Shown: piece by piece, positions 54,406 to 64,000 of the stretch | How the letters are laid out: every line of letters starts with the position of its first letter | How positions within the stretch are numbered: the stretch's first letter is position 1 | DNA from: Alphaproteobacteria bacterium | GTDB taxonomy: Bacteria > Pseudomonadota > Alphaproteobacteria > UBA828 | Direction of reading: 5' to 3' | NCBI GenBank assembly: GCA_965220745.1 | Contig: CBDCQT010000013.1 | Location: 1 to 64,000, forward strand | Length of the DNA stretch: 64,000 nucleotides | Notes under the pieces: generated by a model | What the model saw: only the letters and a program-made list of their open reading frames with translations | Database searches by the model: none | Told to the model about the DNA's origin: nothing | Translations under genes and position numbers: made by a program

Positions 54406-56004
54406 CTAAGCCTTGTCGACGATGGTCGGCCAGGCTGCCTTGTTGCTCGCGCGGATGGCCTCGATCATCTTGTCCTCGCCCTTCTTCTTGATGATCTTCC
54501 GCCATTTCTTGGAGGCGTTCTTCATGGCCTCTTCGGGCGTGATGTCGCCGATCAGCGCACGCTGCAACTCCTCGTCCAGGCCGTTGTCGAATGCGGACTG
54601 GCCGGCGAAGTTGATCGTCGGTGCGGAGCGCTTGATGGTCTCCTGAATCACTTCCACGTGATCCTTGTGGTAGGTCTGCTGCACCAACGGATCGTCGAAG
54701 TTGGCCTTCTGGAACGGATCGAAGTAGCCGGCCGGATTGCCCGACATCCAGCTGAAGATGCGCGAGCAGCTTGCCCACTGGAGGAAGAGGTAGGCGGCCT
54801 CCGGATACTCGCTCTGCGCCGAGACCTCGGCATTAATGTTGAGGTAGAGCACGCTGCGGCGGATCAGGTCGTCTCCGAACCAGTTGCCCACCGGGAGGAA
54901 CGAGCCGAGCTTGCCCGACGCTGGCGTGGCGGGCGTTCCGTCGGCGTTCATCCGGTCGTTGAACTTCCGCAGGTTGGTATACGTGCTCATCATCACGCCG
55001 GTGCCTTGGGCCATGCTCCCGTAAGCCTCGGACCAAGTCCAGCTGAGCGCATCCTTGTTGGCCCACTGCCGGCTTCTCACGTGCTCCTCGGCGGTCTTGA
55101 TGCCGAGCTCCGTCTCGAGCAGCGGGTTTCCGTCGTCGTCGAAGTACTGGAAGTTGGGATTGTCCTGCCCCACGTAGCGCATGAAGTAGGTGCCCAGACC
55201 CCAGAACGGGCTGAACAGATTGACGGTCCCGTTCATGCCCTTCTCGAAGAAAAACTCGGCGATATTGTCAGCGTGCGCCCACGTCTGCGGCTTGCCCAGC
55301 TCCCAGCCGTAGCGGTCGCTGAACTCCTTCACGTTCTCGGGATCCTCGAACAGGTCCTTGCGGTAGACCCAAGTCTGGAAGTCCCCGTCGAAGGAAATCG
55401 TGTAATAGGAACCCGCATACTTGTAGAGAAGATCGGCGATCTCCGCAGTCGGCGCCCCGCGCTCGGGGTCGTTCCAGTCGGGCTTATACTGCTCGACGTA
55501 CGGGTCCAGATTGACGATGCCGCCGGTGGCGACGAGGTCGCCGACATTGCTCCAAAGCGCGGAGTAGATGTCGTAGACGCCGGCCTGGGTGGTGATGTCC
55601 TGGAGAACCTTGGTCACCATCTCCACTTCGCCAGAGCCGCTGAACTCGACCTCGATCCCGGTCTCTTCCTTCCAGACATCGTGGACAGTCGGCGCTCCCT
55701 CCGGGAAGGGCTTGGTGAACTGGCCGATCGCTCCCGAGAAGAGCAGGAAGCTCAACTTCTCAGGCGCCTTGCCCTCTGCCTTGAGCTTCTTGATGCCTTC
55801 GATGGCCCGCCCTTCGGGCATGTCCTCGTTGTACTGATAGCGCTCGGCCCCCGGGAAGCCCGTGGGGCCGCCGGTCATCCCAGGCGCCAAGCCCGCCGCC
55901 CGCGCGGGACGGATGTACTTGGGTGCGATGCCGATCGGCGAGGTGAGCACTAGGCCTGCGGCGCCGGTCTTCAGCGCCTGCCGTCGCGTGATCCTGATCC
56001 CCAT
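54406..56004 (-). CDS. Carbohydrate ABC substrate-binding protein with Tat signal
   Basis: TRRQALK twin-arginine motif; YRKDLF, PQTW. Confidence 0.85.
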   Translation of the reverse strand: MGIRITRRQALKTGAAGLVLTSPIGIAPKYIRPARAAGLAPGMTGGPTGFPGAERYQYNEDMPEGRAIEGIKKLKAEGKAPEKLSFLLFSGAIGQFTKPFPEGAPTVHDVWKEETGIEVEFSGSGEVEMVTKVLQDITTQAGVYDIYSALWSNVGDLVATGGIVNLDPYVEQYKPDWNDPERGAPTAEIADLLYKYAGSYYTISFDGDFQTWVYRKDLFEDPENVKEFSDRYGWELGKPQTWAHADNIAEFFFEKGMNGTVNLFSPFWGLGTYFMRYVGQDNPNFQYFDDDGNPLLETELGIKTAEEHVRSRQWANKDALSWTWSEAYGSMAQGTGVMMSTYTNLRKFNDRMNADGTPATPASGKLGSFLPVGNWFGDDLIRRSVLYLNINAEVSAQSEYPEAAYLFLQWASCSRIFSWMSGNPAGYFDPFQKANFDDPLVQQTYHKDHVEVIQETIKRSAPTINFAGQSAFDNGLDEELQRALIGDITPEEAMKNASKKWRKIIKKKGEDKMIEAIRASNKAAWPTIVDKA

Positions 56005-56289
56005 TGAAGCCTCCCTTGCTCCTTCCGATTGAGCGGTCCGTGCCATCGAACCTGTTTGTCGCCGTGCCCTACTATATACCACGTGCGCGCGACGCCGTGC
56101 ATCCTCCAAGCGGCGCCGATATCGCCGCCTGTCGTCGTGCCAGCGGCCGCTGGGGCGCGACCGATGCTGGTAGCTCATGCCTGCCGATGGCGGTCTTCGA
56201 GCCAGATCGTTGGGCCTGTCGGACAGGCGATGCCGGAGGCATGATGGCGCTGAACAGCGACAATTGCCCCGAATCAACAACGCCCTGCG

Positions 56290-56988
56290 ATGAGCATTCG
56301 AGAGTCTGTCATTGCCGCCTTGCGCGCCGCCGCCGACCCGGCGAGAGCGCCGCAGCAACGGGCATACATGAAGTCCGACATGCCCTATTTCGGCTTGGGC
56401 GTGCCGCAATGCCGACGCATTGCCAGTGCCGTTTTCAGAGCGCACCCGCTACCCGACGCCCGCGCCTGGGAAGCGGCGATTCTCGAGCTCTGGCGCAACG
56501 CCGCCCACCGCGAGGAGCGCTACGCGGCGGTCGAGCTGCTGCTCTTCGGGCGCTATTCGCGCTGGCTGGAGCCGGTGAGAGTTCCGTTGATCGAGGAGTT
56601 GGTGGTCACCGGCGCCTGGTGGGACTACGTGGACGCGATTGCCGGCCGTGGCGTCGGGACCATGCTCGCCGCCCATCCCCGCCCGATGAAGGCCGTGCTG
56701 CGCGAATGGGCGAAGGACGACAACATCTGGAAGCGGCGGACCGCGATACTCGCCCAGCTCCGGGCCAAGCGGGCAACGGACACGAAGCTGCTGGCCGACG
56801 CGATTCGGCCGTCCATCGGCGCCTCGGAGTTCTTCCTGCGCAAGGGCATCGGCTGGGCGTTGCGCGAGTACTCCAAAACCGATCCGGCCTGGGTGCGCGC
56901 CTTCGTCAAAGCTCATCCCGAACTTTCGGACCTGAGCCGGCGCGAGGCGCTCAAGCACCTGGAGCGCACGAAAGCGGCCAATCGTTAG
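56290..56988 (+). CDS. AlkD-like DNA alkylation repair protein
   Basis: AYMK, WWDYVD, FFLRKGIGWALREY. Confidence 0.9.
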   Translation: MSIRESVIAALRAAADPARAPQQRAYMKSDMPYFGLGVPQCRRIASAVFRAHPLPDARAWEAAILELWRNAAHREERYAAVELLLFGRYSRWLEPVRVPLIEELVVTGAWWDYVDAIAGRGVGTMLAAHPRPMKAVLREWAKDDNIWKRRTAILAQLRAKRATDTKLLADAIRPSIGASEFFLRKGIGWALREYSKTDPAWVRAFVKAHPELSDLSRREALKHLERTKAANR

Positions 56989-57056
56989 ATCAAGCAAGCC
57001 CCGGCGTGACGGAGTCAGTGGCCCCAGATTGACGATTTGAGTCCCGAAGAGTAGAG

Positions 57057-57087
57057 TAAGCGCATAGATGCTTATGCGTTTATGCGC
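57057..57087. promoter_or_regulatory. Putative RHH antitoxin operator
   Basis: CGCATA followed by two TATGCG half-sites just upstream of the TA operon. Confidence 0.4.
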
Positions 57088-57099
57088 GGGAGCGTGACC

Positions 57100-57336
57100 A
57101 TGACCCGATGGAATCTCTCCATCTCGGAGGAGACAGACCGGACGGTTCGCATGTTTCTTGCCCGCAACGGCGGCAAGAAGGGCGATCTATCCCGATTCGT
57201 CGACGACGCTGTGCGCCGCCGCGTTTTCGATCTCACCGTCAGTCAGGTCAAGGAGCGTAATGCCGGATTGGACCAACGGGAGATTCTCAGCGTGATCGAC
57301 GATGAGGTAAGCGCGGCGCGTGCGGGTCGTTCTTGA
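57100..57336 (+). CDS. Ribbon-helix-helix antitoxin
   Basis: RWNLSIS..D..VR.FL...KGDLSRFV; overlaps the PIN gene. Confidence 0.8.
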   Translation: MTRWNLSISEETDRTVRMFLARNGGKKGDLSRFVDDAVRRRVFDLTVSQVKERNAGLDQREILSVIDDEVSAARAGRS

Positions 57337-57748
57337 CACCAACATCTTGATCGGCGCCCTGATCACCAAGGGCACGCCACCGGACAGCTTGTATCAGGCA
57401 TGGCTTCGCGGGGAGATCGAACTTGTGACATCCGCCGCGCAGATCCGCGAGCTGGCCGATGTCCTCGCCAGAGAGCGTCTCCAAAAGTTTCTCGACGCCG
57501 ATGAGGCTGCGGCCATAGTCGAGAACATCGGTACCCGCGCTGTCATCCTCGATGAGCTCCCAAGCGTGTCTCACTCTCCCGATCCCATGGATAACCAGAT
57601 CATGGCGACCGCTATCGCTGGAGGCGTCGACCTGATCGTCTCCGGAGACAAGAAGCACATGCTCGCGCTCCGGGAGGTCGATGGCATTCCCATTGTGACC
57701 GCTCGCAAAGCTCTGGAGCTGCTGCGTCAAGGCCAGGGCAGCACGTGA
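57320..57748 (+). CDS. PIN-domain toxin
   Basis: VVLDTNIL, DPMDN, IVSGDKKH. Confidence 0.9.
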   Translation: MRVVLDTNILIGALITKGTPPDSLYQAWLRGEIELVTSAAQIRELADVLARERLQKFLDADEAAAIVENIGTRAVILDELPSVSHSPDPMDNQIMATAIAGGVDLIVSGDKKHMLALREVDGIPIVTARKALELLRQGQGST

Positions 57749-57769
57749 TCGCCACACTTCGCGATCAGA

Positions 57770-59017
57770 TCACGAGCGGGCCGAGTCCGCGCCGATGTGA
57801 GTGGCCAAATGGTCGGTGAGATCGCGGGCATCGTCGGCGGTGCCGTGAATGAAGCTCGACTTGCGGCGGCGCAGGAAGTTGAGGCCGATGCGGTAGACGC
57901 CCGGCGCCTCCGTCACCACGCCGCCGTCATGGCGCAGCCGGCCCTTGCGGTCGAAGACCGGAAGATCGACCCAGGAGTGATCGGGCTCGTATCCGGTCGC
58001 CCAGATCACCGTCCGTATCCCTTCGCGGGCGAGATCGAGGGTGAGCGGCGGCGAGTCCTCCACCCGCGTCGGCTCGAAGCGATGCGGCGGCTCGAATTCC
58101 TCGTCGAGCCCGTTCTCGTCGACCCACTCGTCGATGGTGTCGAGCAGCCGGCCCTGCTTCAGGTCTGCCAGGTTGCACTTGTTGGGGAGCGAGCCCGAGA
58201 ACTGCGCCTTGCCGTCCGAGAACCCGGCCAGCAGGCCCACCAGGCGCACCCCCTGATCGGTGAGGTCGTTGAGATTGAGCGTGGAGCGCTCCGGCGTGCC
58301 CACGAGCTGCGGTGAGGGCACCCGGCGCGCGCGCACGATGTCGTCCACCTCGTCGTAGCGCTCGTCGTGCAGCCCGGTGCGATCCATCCACCACAGGATG
58401 TCCTTGCCGCGATAGGTGCGCGGCATGCGCACGTGCTCGCCCACCGCGATCGTCACGGGGCGGCCCGAGCGGTGCACCTCGTCCGCAATCTGGACACCGG
58501 TGGCGGACGCGCCGACCACCAGCACGCCGCCCTCCGGCAAGTCCGAGGGCCGCGTGTAGTCCATCGGCGTCACGGACTCGATGGTGCTGGGGAGCGCCGC
58601 CCCGACGGCCGGAATCTTCGGCACGTTGAAGCCGCCGGAGGCGAGCACCGCGCATGCGCAGCGCCAGACGCCCCGGTCGGTCGCTACCTCGTAGCCGTCG
58701 CCGTTCTTGGTCAGGGATTCGACGGTGGTGCCGGTCTCGAGCGGCGGGTCCACGAGCCGGGCGTAGCGTTCGATGAACGCCACCACCTCGGCCATGGTCA
58801 TGAAGCCGTCGGGATCGTCGCCGTCGTAGGCGAGGCCGGGCACGTGCGTCTGCCAGTTGGGCGTCAGCAGGCGGAGAGACTCCCAGCGCTCCGTCCGCCA
58901 CGTGTGAGCCACCTCGCCGCGCTCGATCACCACGTGATCGATGCCGCGCGCGGCGAGGCAATGGCTCACGGCGAGGCCGGCATGACCGGCCCCTACCACG
59001 ACGGTCGTCGTGTACAC
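57770..59017 (-). CDS. Flavin-containing monooxygenase-like NAD(P)/FAD oxidoreductase
   Basis: GAGHAG, RWESLRLLTPNW, GASATG, IWATGY; start uncertain. Confidence 0.85.
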   Translation of the reverse strand: MYTTTVVVGAGHAGLAVSHCLAARGIDHVVIERGEVAHTWRTERWESLRLLTPNWQTHVPGLAYDGDDPDGFMTMAEVVAFIERYARLVDPPLETGTTVESLTKNGDGYEVATDRGVWRCACAVLASGGFNVPKIPAVGAALPSTIESVTPMDYTRPSDLPEGGVLVVGASATGVQIADEVHRSGRPVTIAVGEHVRMPRTYRGKDILWWMDRTGLHDERYDEVDDIVRARRVPSPQLVGTPERSTLNLNDLTDQGVRLVGLLAGFSDGKAQFSGSLPNKCNLADLKQGRLLDTIDEWVDENGLDEEFEPPHRFEPTRVEDSPPLTLDLAREGIRTVIWATGYEPDHSWVDLPVFDRKGRLRHDGGVVTEAPGVYRIGLNFLRRRKSSFIHGTADDARDLTDHLATHIGADSARS

Positions 59018-59102
59018 GGCGTCGCTAGAGCACGTTCCGAGCGTGCGGGATCGGCCCTGGTTGCCGAGCGGCGCCTGTCGCACATGCATTGCCGCTCGAA
59101 AA

Positions 59103-59213
59103 CCCCCACCTCACCCCGGCCCTCTCCGCCCCCAGGGGCGGAGAGGGAGAAGAGGCGGCGCCGCTTGCGTCCCCCCTCCGCCCTTTGGGGGGAGGGGGAC
59201 AGGGGGAGGTGGG
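59103..59213. repeat. REP-like double-hairpin repeat
   Basis: CCCTCTCCGCCCCCAGGGGCGGAGAGGG and CCCCCTCCGCCCTTTGGGGGGAGGGGG hairpins with complementary outer arms. Confidence 0.7.
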
Positions 59214-59255
59214 AGCCGTTCGGGCCGCGGTAATCCGGTACGGTCGCATCATGCT

Positions 59256-59819
59256 CTAGTTCACCTCGACGGTGACGTTGGTCGGGTTGGTCAGGATATC
59301 GTAGACCGCCGAGCGCTTCTGAGACTGGGCGACCAGCGCCGCGATCTCGTCGGGTGTGGCGTCGGCGTCGATATCGTAGGTGACCTTGACATTGTTGAAC
59401 CCGTTCCGGATTTCGGGATCGGCGCCCAGGATTCCCGCGATGTCCATGTCGCCTTCGACCGTGGCCTTGACCGAGCGAAGCTGGATCTCCCGCACCTGTG
59501 CCACCGCGGCGACGCCGGCGGTCAGGCAGCTCGCCAGACCCGTGAGCACGATCTCCACCGGCGTGGCCGCGTTGTCCTCCGCCGCGAACACCAGGGGATG
59601 ATCGGACTCGAACGAGTAGCTCGCCTTGTGGTCGTTCTCCTGGCCGAGGCCGAAATAGCCCTCCACCCGTGTCTTGCTGTGCGTGCCGTGGAGCCACTCG
59701 TTGGTGACGCGCCACGTGAACTGGCCGGCTTCGGGCTGGTCGCCCAGGATATTGCGGGCACCGAGCAGGTGCTCGACGTTGACGCCGTTAAGGCCGGGAG
59801 TTTCGCTGCTGTCGGACAT
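59256..59819 (-). CDS. OsmC/Ohr family protein
   Basis: NGVNV, TPVE..LASCL, GDMD..GILG. Confidence 0.88.
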   Translation of the reverse strand: MSDSSETPGLNGVNVEHLLGARNILGDQPEAGQFTWRVTNEWLHGTHSKTRVEGYFGLGQENDHKASYSFESDHPLVFAAEDNAATPVEIVLTGLASCLTAGVAAVAQVREIQLRSVKATVEGDMDIAGILGADPEIRNGFNNVKVTYDIDADATPDEIAALVAQSQKRSAVYDILTNPTNVTVEVN

Positions 59820-60244
59820 GGATCTTCTCCTTGTGGGCATGGTTGTCGGGCTGTGACTCCGCCCCGGTCGGTGGCGATGCCAGAGGCCTGGAGGACCGCG
59901 CGGTCTCCATCGCTCTCACCCGGTGGGATCGGCTACGAGCGGTAGCCTAGGTACAGACGCGGCAGGACGCGGCCCCCGGAGGGGCGAATGGCTGGGCGCA
60001 CAGAGTCATCATCTGGCGGTACTCCTCTCGTCTCCTACGCGCTCTACGAGCGCCGAGAGCGGAGCTCCGCCTCCGGCTAACTCATCGATCAGGCATTGGC
60101 ACCGCTCTTGGCGGTTGCCGCGGCTTCGAAGGGCCTGTCCCTCCACCGCTCTGGATGAGCGCGTCCTGTGCGCGCATGAAACACAAACCGGTGGGCGTGG
60201 TCAACAAAATGTCGCGGCCTCGACGAGCCGACGCGCAGGCCGTC

Positions 60245-61450
60245 TCAGGCCCCGGCCTTGGCCACCGCGTGTTGTGGCGCGCCGCCACTGCTCGGCAGCC
60301 AGAAGGCGATGATGGCGACCAGCGCCGCCGAGCCGCCGAGTCCGACGAAGAGCCAGAGGAAGCCGCCGGAAACACCGTGGAGGCCCGCGACCAGCGGCGC
60401 CGCCACCGCGCTCGCGCCGAGGCCGAGCAAGAACTTCACGCCGAAGATCCGCGCCCGCCAGCTCTCCTTCGTGTAACGCGTGACCAGCGCGTCCTGGATC
60501 GGAATCTCGCCCACCACCACCATCATCATCGCGAGCGCCACGATGATCAGGCCGTGGCCAGCGAGCACACCGGCAGCGGCGATCAGCGGCGCCTGGGCGA
60601 ACAGCACCGCGATCCAGACTGGCTTCGCCGGGTAGCGGTCGATCAGCCAGCCGACCCCGATCTGGGCGAAGGCGGCGATGGCGATGACGACCGAGACCAG
60701 CCCGCCGACTCCGAGGGCACTGTCGGTGATCCCGGTGAGCCCTTCGTCGAACAGCTTGGGGAGCGCGATGGTCGTGGTCTGGAACGTGAGTCCCGTGAGC
60801 GTCGTCGCGATGCCGATCACCAGCACCAGCCGCAGCAGCGTGCCCGAGGGCTGGCCGCCCCACCCCCGGCCCAGGGAGGGTCGGGAGGAGGTCTCCTCGC
60901 TGTTGCGCCACTGGCGGCAGACCGCGATGAACCAGAGCCCGATGACCAGCGAGACCGCGCCCGGCACGATGAATGCCGCACGCCAACTGATCGCATCGCT
61001 CAGCGACGCGGCCACGATCGCCGCCGCCGCGAGCCCGAAGTTCCCGGCGACTCCGTTGATCCCGAGCAGCTTGCCGACCTTCTCCCGCCCCTCCACCAGC
61101 ATGGCGATGCCGACCGGGTGATAGATCGAGGCGAAGAGGCCGATCAGCGTGAGCCCGACCGCAAGCTCGAACGGCGTGCGCGCGAAGCCGGTGAGGATGG
61201 ACGCGGCCCCGATGCCGACGAAGAAGATCGCGAGCATCGCGGGCCTGCTCCACCGGTCCCCCAACCAGCCGGCCGGCAGCGTGCCCGCGGCGAAGGCGAT
61301 GAAGCCGGGCACGGCGAGCGAGAGCAGCTCGCCGTAGGAGCGGTCGAACACCCCTTCGAGGGTGAGCACCACCGTCGGGTAGAGCAGCAGGAACAGGTGG
61401 TCGAGCCCGTGCCCGACGTTGATGAAGAGTATGCGGGAGCGGTCCGACAT
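60245..61450 (-). CDS. MFS transporter
   Basis: GWLGDRWSR motif A, YHPVG, about 12 TM segments. Confidence 0.9.
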   Translation of the reverse strand: MSDRSRILFINVGHGLDHLFLLLYPTVVLTLEGVFDRSYGELLSLAVPGFIAFAAGTLPAGWLGDRWSRPAMLAIFFVGIGAASILTGFARTPFELAVGLTLIGLFASIYHPVGIAMLVEGREKVGKLLGINGVAGNFGLAAAAIVAASLSDAISWRAAFIVPGAVSLVIGLWFIAVCRQWRNSEETSSRPSLGRGWGGQPSGTLLRLVLVIGIATTLTGLTFQTTTIALPKLFDEGLTGITDSALGVGGLVSVVIAIAAFAQIGVGWLIDRYPAKPVWIAVLFAQAPLIAAAGVLAGHGLIIVALAMMMVVVGEIPIQDALVTRYTKESWRARIFGVKFLLGLGASAVAAPLVAGLHGVSGGFLWLFVGLGGSAALVAIIAFWLPSSGGAPQHAVAKAGA

Positions 61451-61561
61451 CGCGTCCTCAGCCGCAGGGCACCGGCGAGACTGTCCCGGCGGGTCTCACC
61501 CTTGGCCGGTCTTCCGGTGCCGGGGGCCGGGCCGCATCGCGGGCGCGCGGCTGGCGCGGAA

Positions 61562-61635
61562 TGGAGCGGGTGAAGGGAATCGAACCCTCGTCGTAAGCTT
61601 GGGAAGCTTCTGCTCTACCATTGAGCTACACCCGC
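61562..61635 (-). tRNA. tRNA-Gly(CCC)
   Basis: Reverse complement GCGGGTGTAGCTCAATGGTAGAGCAGAAGCTTCCCAAGCTTACGACGAGGGTTCGATTCCCTTCACCCGCTCCA; cloverleaf with encoded CCA. Confidence 0.97.
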
Positions 61636-61709
61636 CCGGCCGGGAAGGATAGGGGCCCGCCGCGGCCCCCGCAAGCGGATCGGCGGCCGCACCATGATCG
61701 CCCAGTCCG

Positions 61710-62318
61710 TCATCGGCGGCTGCGCGATGTCTTGCCCTTGTCGACGATGCGTCCCTCCTTCAGGGCGAGAGCCTGCTCGATCAACTCCTCCTTCGAGTGC
61801 AGGAGGTCGCCCCTGGGCAGCTTCACGGAGTCCAGCAGCCGGTCCATCGCGTCGTCGTGGGGCTCGAGCGCGCCGTCGGCGAGAATGTGGGCGACGGCGA
61901 CGCCGCGCCCGGCGAGGCTGCGGCCGACCAGCAGCGTCCGGTGGCAGTCGAGAGGCTCCTTCTCCGCGCACATCAGCGCGATGCGCTCGTGCCCCGCTGC
62001 CTCCACCACCCGATCGATCCCCTCGCGATAGAGAGACGTCCGCGCCAGGCGATCGTAGCGCACGCGCCCGTCCTCGTAGCACGAGGGGTCTTCGGGGCGC
62101 CCGCCGAGCGCGTGCCCCATGAAGCGGTACGCGATGCCGTGCGTCTGCAGCGCGGCGTCGAGGGACTTGCGGTTGAACTGCGGGTTGAAGCGGCTGTAGG
62201 GCGTCGATCGAACGTCGGCGAGTGTCGTGACGTCGTGCTGCTGCAGGAGCGAGACGAAAGTCTCCAGCGGGTGGTTGGAATGCCCGACGGTCAGCACCAA
62301 TGCTTCCGCCTCCGTCAT
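61710..62318 (-). CDS. DUF488 family protein
   Basis: TVGHSNH, DVRSTPYSR, LGGRP, MCAEKEPLDCHR. Confidence 0.9.
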   Translation of the reverse strand: MTEAEALVLTVGHSNHPLETFVSLLQQHDVTTLADVRSTPYSRFNPQFNRKSLDAALQTHGIAYRFMGHALGGRPEDPSCYEDGRVRYDRLARTSLYREGIDRVVEAAGHERIALMCAEKEPLDCHRTLLVGRSLAGRGVAVAHILADGALEPHDDAMDRLLDSVKLPRGDLLHSKEELIEQALALKEGRIVDKGKTSRSRR

Positions 62319-62431
62319 GGGGGCGCTCCACTGTCGGCCCGAGCGCCGTCCAGCTCCGGGCGATGGCGTTTCGCGTGTGCATGTGGTGAGGTGCGCCCAG
62401 CAACGCAACGCACGGCTGGAGGAGGGGAACG

Positions 62432-62857
62432 ATGACACAGGACGCCACGGCGGAAGGCTTGGAAGCCGCCTTCCACGCATGGGCGCGCGGGCTCAACGAG
62501 GGCGACCTCGACGCCTTCTGGAGCGCCTTCGACGACGGCGCCGAGATTCTCGACGAGGATTACCCTTGGCGGATGACGCTGGAGGAGTTCAAGGACCATA
62601 TCGACTTTCACGCCGGCGGCACCGGGCTGTGGGAGCACTTCAAGTGGATCCCGCGGGAGCTGAACGTCAGGGTCTGGGGCACCACGGGACATGTCAGCGG
62701 CTTCTCGACCTTTCGCGGCAAGCCGCGCGACGCGGGCTTCCGGCAGCGCTTCATGGGCTTCACCCAGACCTGGTACCACATGAACGGCAAGTGGCTTCAG
62801 GTCTGCTGGCATCAGAGCCCGCTGCTCGGTCGCATCCACGGCGCCTCGCCAAGTTAA
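62432..62857 (+). CDS. NTF2/SnoaL-like (DUF4440) protein
   Basis: GDLDAF, T..W...NGKW....HQS pattern. Confidence 0.7.
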   Translation: MTQDATAEGLEAAFHAWARGLNEGDLDAFWSAFDDGAEILDEDYPWRMTLEEFKDHIDFHAGGTGLWEHFKWIPRELNVRVWGTTGHVSGFSTFRGKPRDAGFRQRFMGFTQTWYHMNGKWLQVCWHQSPLLGRIHGASPS

Positions 62858-63498
62858 CCAAAGCACCGCGTCGGGTCACGTCAACCGGCGCGATTCGAAC
62901 TGTAAGGTTTGCGTTGCCGATGCGGGCGCTATCGTCGGCCGCTCACGGGTAAACGCTTTGGCGCGTGCGAATTAGCGTGCATCGGCTTGGCACCTTGACG
63001 GTGCGCGAGCGAGCTCCTGCTCAAGAATTAACGTGTGTTATCCCCAGATAGAGTAAACTTGATCCTCCTTCTCGTCGTCGATCGCCTCTCCGGGCAGTCC
63101 CTCCCAAACGCGGTGGGCAACCGAATGCGGGCGCACCTGCCTGCGTGGCGAACGCGTTCATTCAACGGTCCTGCATGCTCTCAGCGGGCCCAATTCGGAT
63201 TAACGAGCCGCAGAAGGGCATTGGGCGATATTCCTAAACCGTCCCTGGGATTTATTCGTGCTCTTTACAACCCTACGGGTTCGTCATGCCTCGGAGTCTC
63301 CGATGCTTTCGACCCCGCCTAAAGCGCTATCGTGGGGTCAACATTTGCAACTACCGATTCGGACCTGTCCGGAATGAAGCGTTCTCCTGAATCAGCCCCA
63401 TGCGGGCATGAATCTGGCAAAACGATGACGAAGTCTGTAACGTTTTCTCTCGGACACGAGTTAACTGATCGGGTCGATTTGAAACCTCAACATTAGCG

Positions 63499-64000
63499 CT
63501 AGATGCATTTTTCAAAAAAGTTCAAGCATTTGCGAGCGAGGGGCCGCTGTCGCCCCTTCTTTGTAACCACGGCGCAAAATCGATTGTCGGTCTCCAGAAA
63601 TTTGTCATTGAGAGTGATCAGCGCACCCGACTCAAGATAACGCTCGATGAAATGACGCCAGCCCAGTGCAATGCCCTGCCCCGCGGCGGCGGCCTCCAGC
63701 ACGTATGTGTAGTTGTCATAATTCGCGTACCTGGGTTCGGAGCCGGGGCGCCCGACGACGTCGAACCAATCGTCCCACGACGCCCACCCCTCATTGGGCC
63801 GCGCAATATCGAGAAACGTCAACTTGCTCCAATCGGTTACGGGCTGCCTGAGTGTTTCGGCATGAAGCGCGGCGTAGCCCGGCGAGCAAAGGGGGCTGAC
63901 CTTTTCCTGAAGTATGACCGCACAGTCCTCGGGGGTGTTGGTTGCCGGATCCCACGACAACAGGACATCCGCGACCGGCGTTGGTGGCAAGTATCGAATG
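63499..64000 (-). CDS. LysR family regulator substrate-binding domain (partial, GcvA-like)
   Basis: PLCSPGY, WDDWF, AAAAGQGIALGW; runs off the window edge. Confidence 0.85.
   Translation of the reverse strand, partial: IRYLPPTPVADVLLSWDPATNTPEDCAVILQEKVSPLCSPGYAALHAETLRQPVTDWSKLTFLDIARPNEGWASWDDWFDVVGRPGSEPRYANYDNYTYVLEAAAAGQGIALGWRHFIERYLESGALITLNDKFLETDNRFCAVVTKKGRQRPLARKCLNFFEKCI

Noticed and set aside
61562-61635. tRNA-Gly as the integration site of an island in this window
   Set aside because: No duplicated tRNA 3' end or adjacent integrase was seen.

Overview
GC-rich window from an alphaproteobacterium, judged from the stand-alone F1 ATP synthase operon atpHAGDC and the cnoX-LON_N-Trm112-DUF971 block. 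It opens with the distal tail module of a lambdoid prophage or tail-like element (1-5046), followed by housekeeping genes. The main finding is a ~16 kb decayed integrative element (~12384-28444). It is bounded by a 14-bp direct repeat and holds a truncated tyrosine integrase, a MobF relaxase stub and three IS elements. Its intact cargo is a compact sterol biosynthesis cluster: an SdmB-like SDR and SdmA-like Rieske oxygenase (C-4 demethylation), an ERG24-type sterol reductase, CYP51, a single-polypeptide squalene epoxidase-oxidosqualene cyclase fusion, a sterol C-24 methyltransferase and a putative EBP/EXPERA delta8-delta7 isomerase. The rest encodes YcaQ and AlkD repair proteins, a PLP histidine/serine decarboxylase with an ACT partner, two molybdenum hydroxylase loci, peptide and sugar ABC transporters, toxin-antitoxin modules and tRNA-Gly(CCC). 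All calls come from motifs read by eye; no searches were run.
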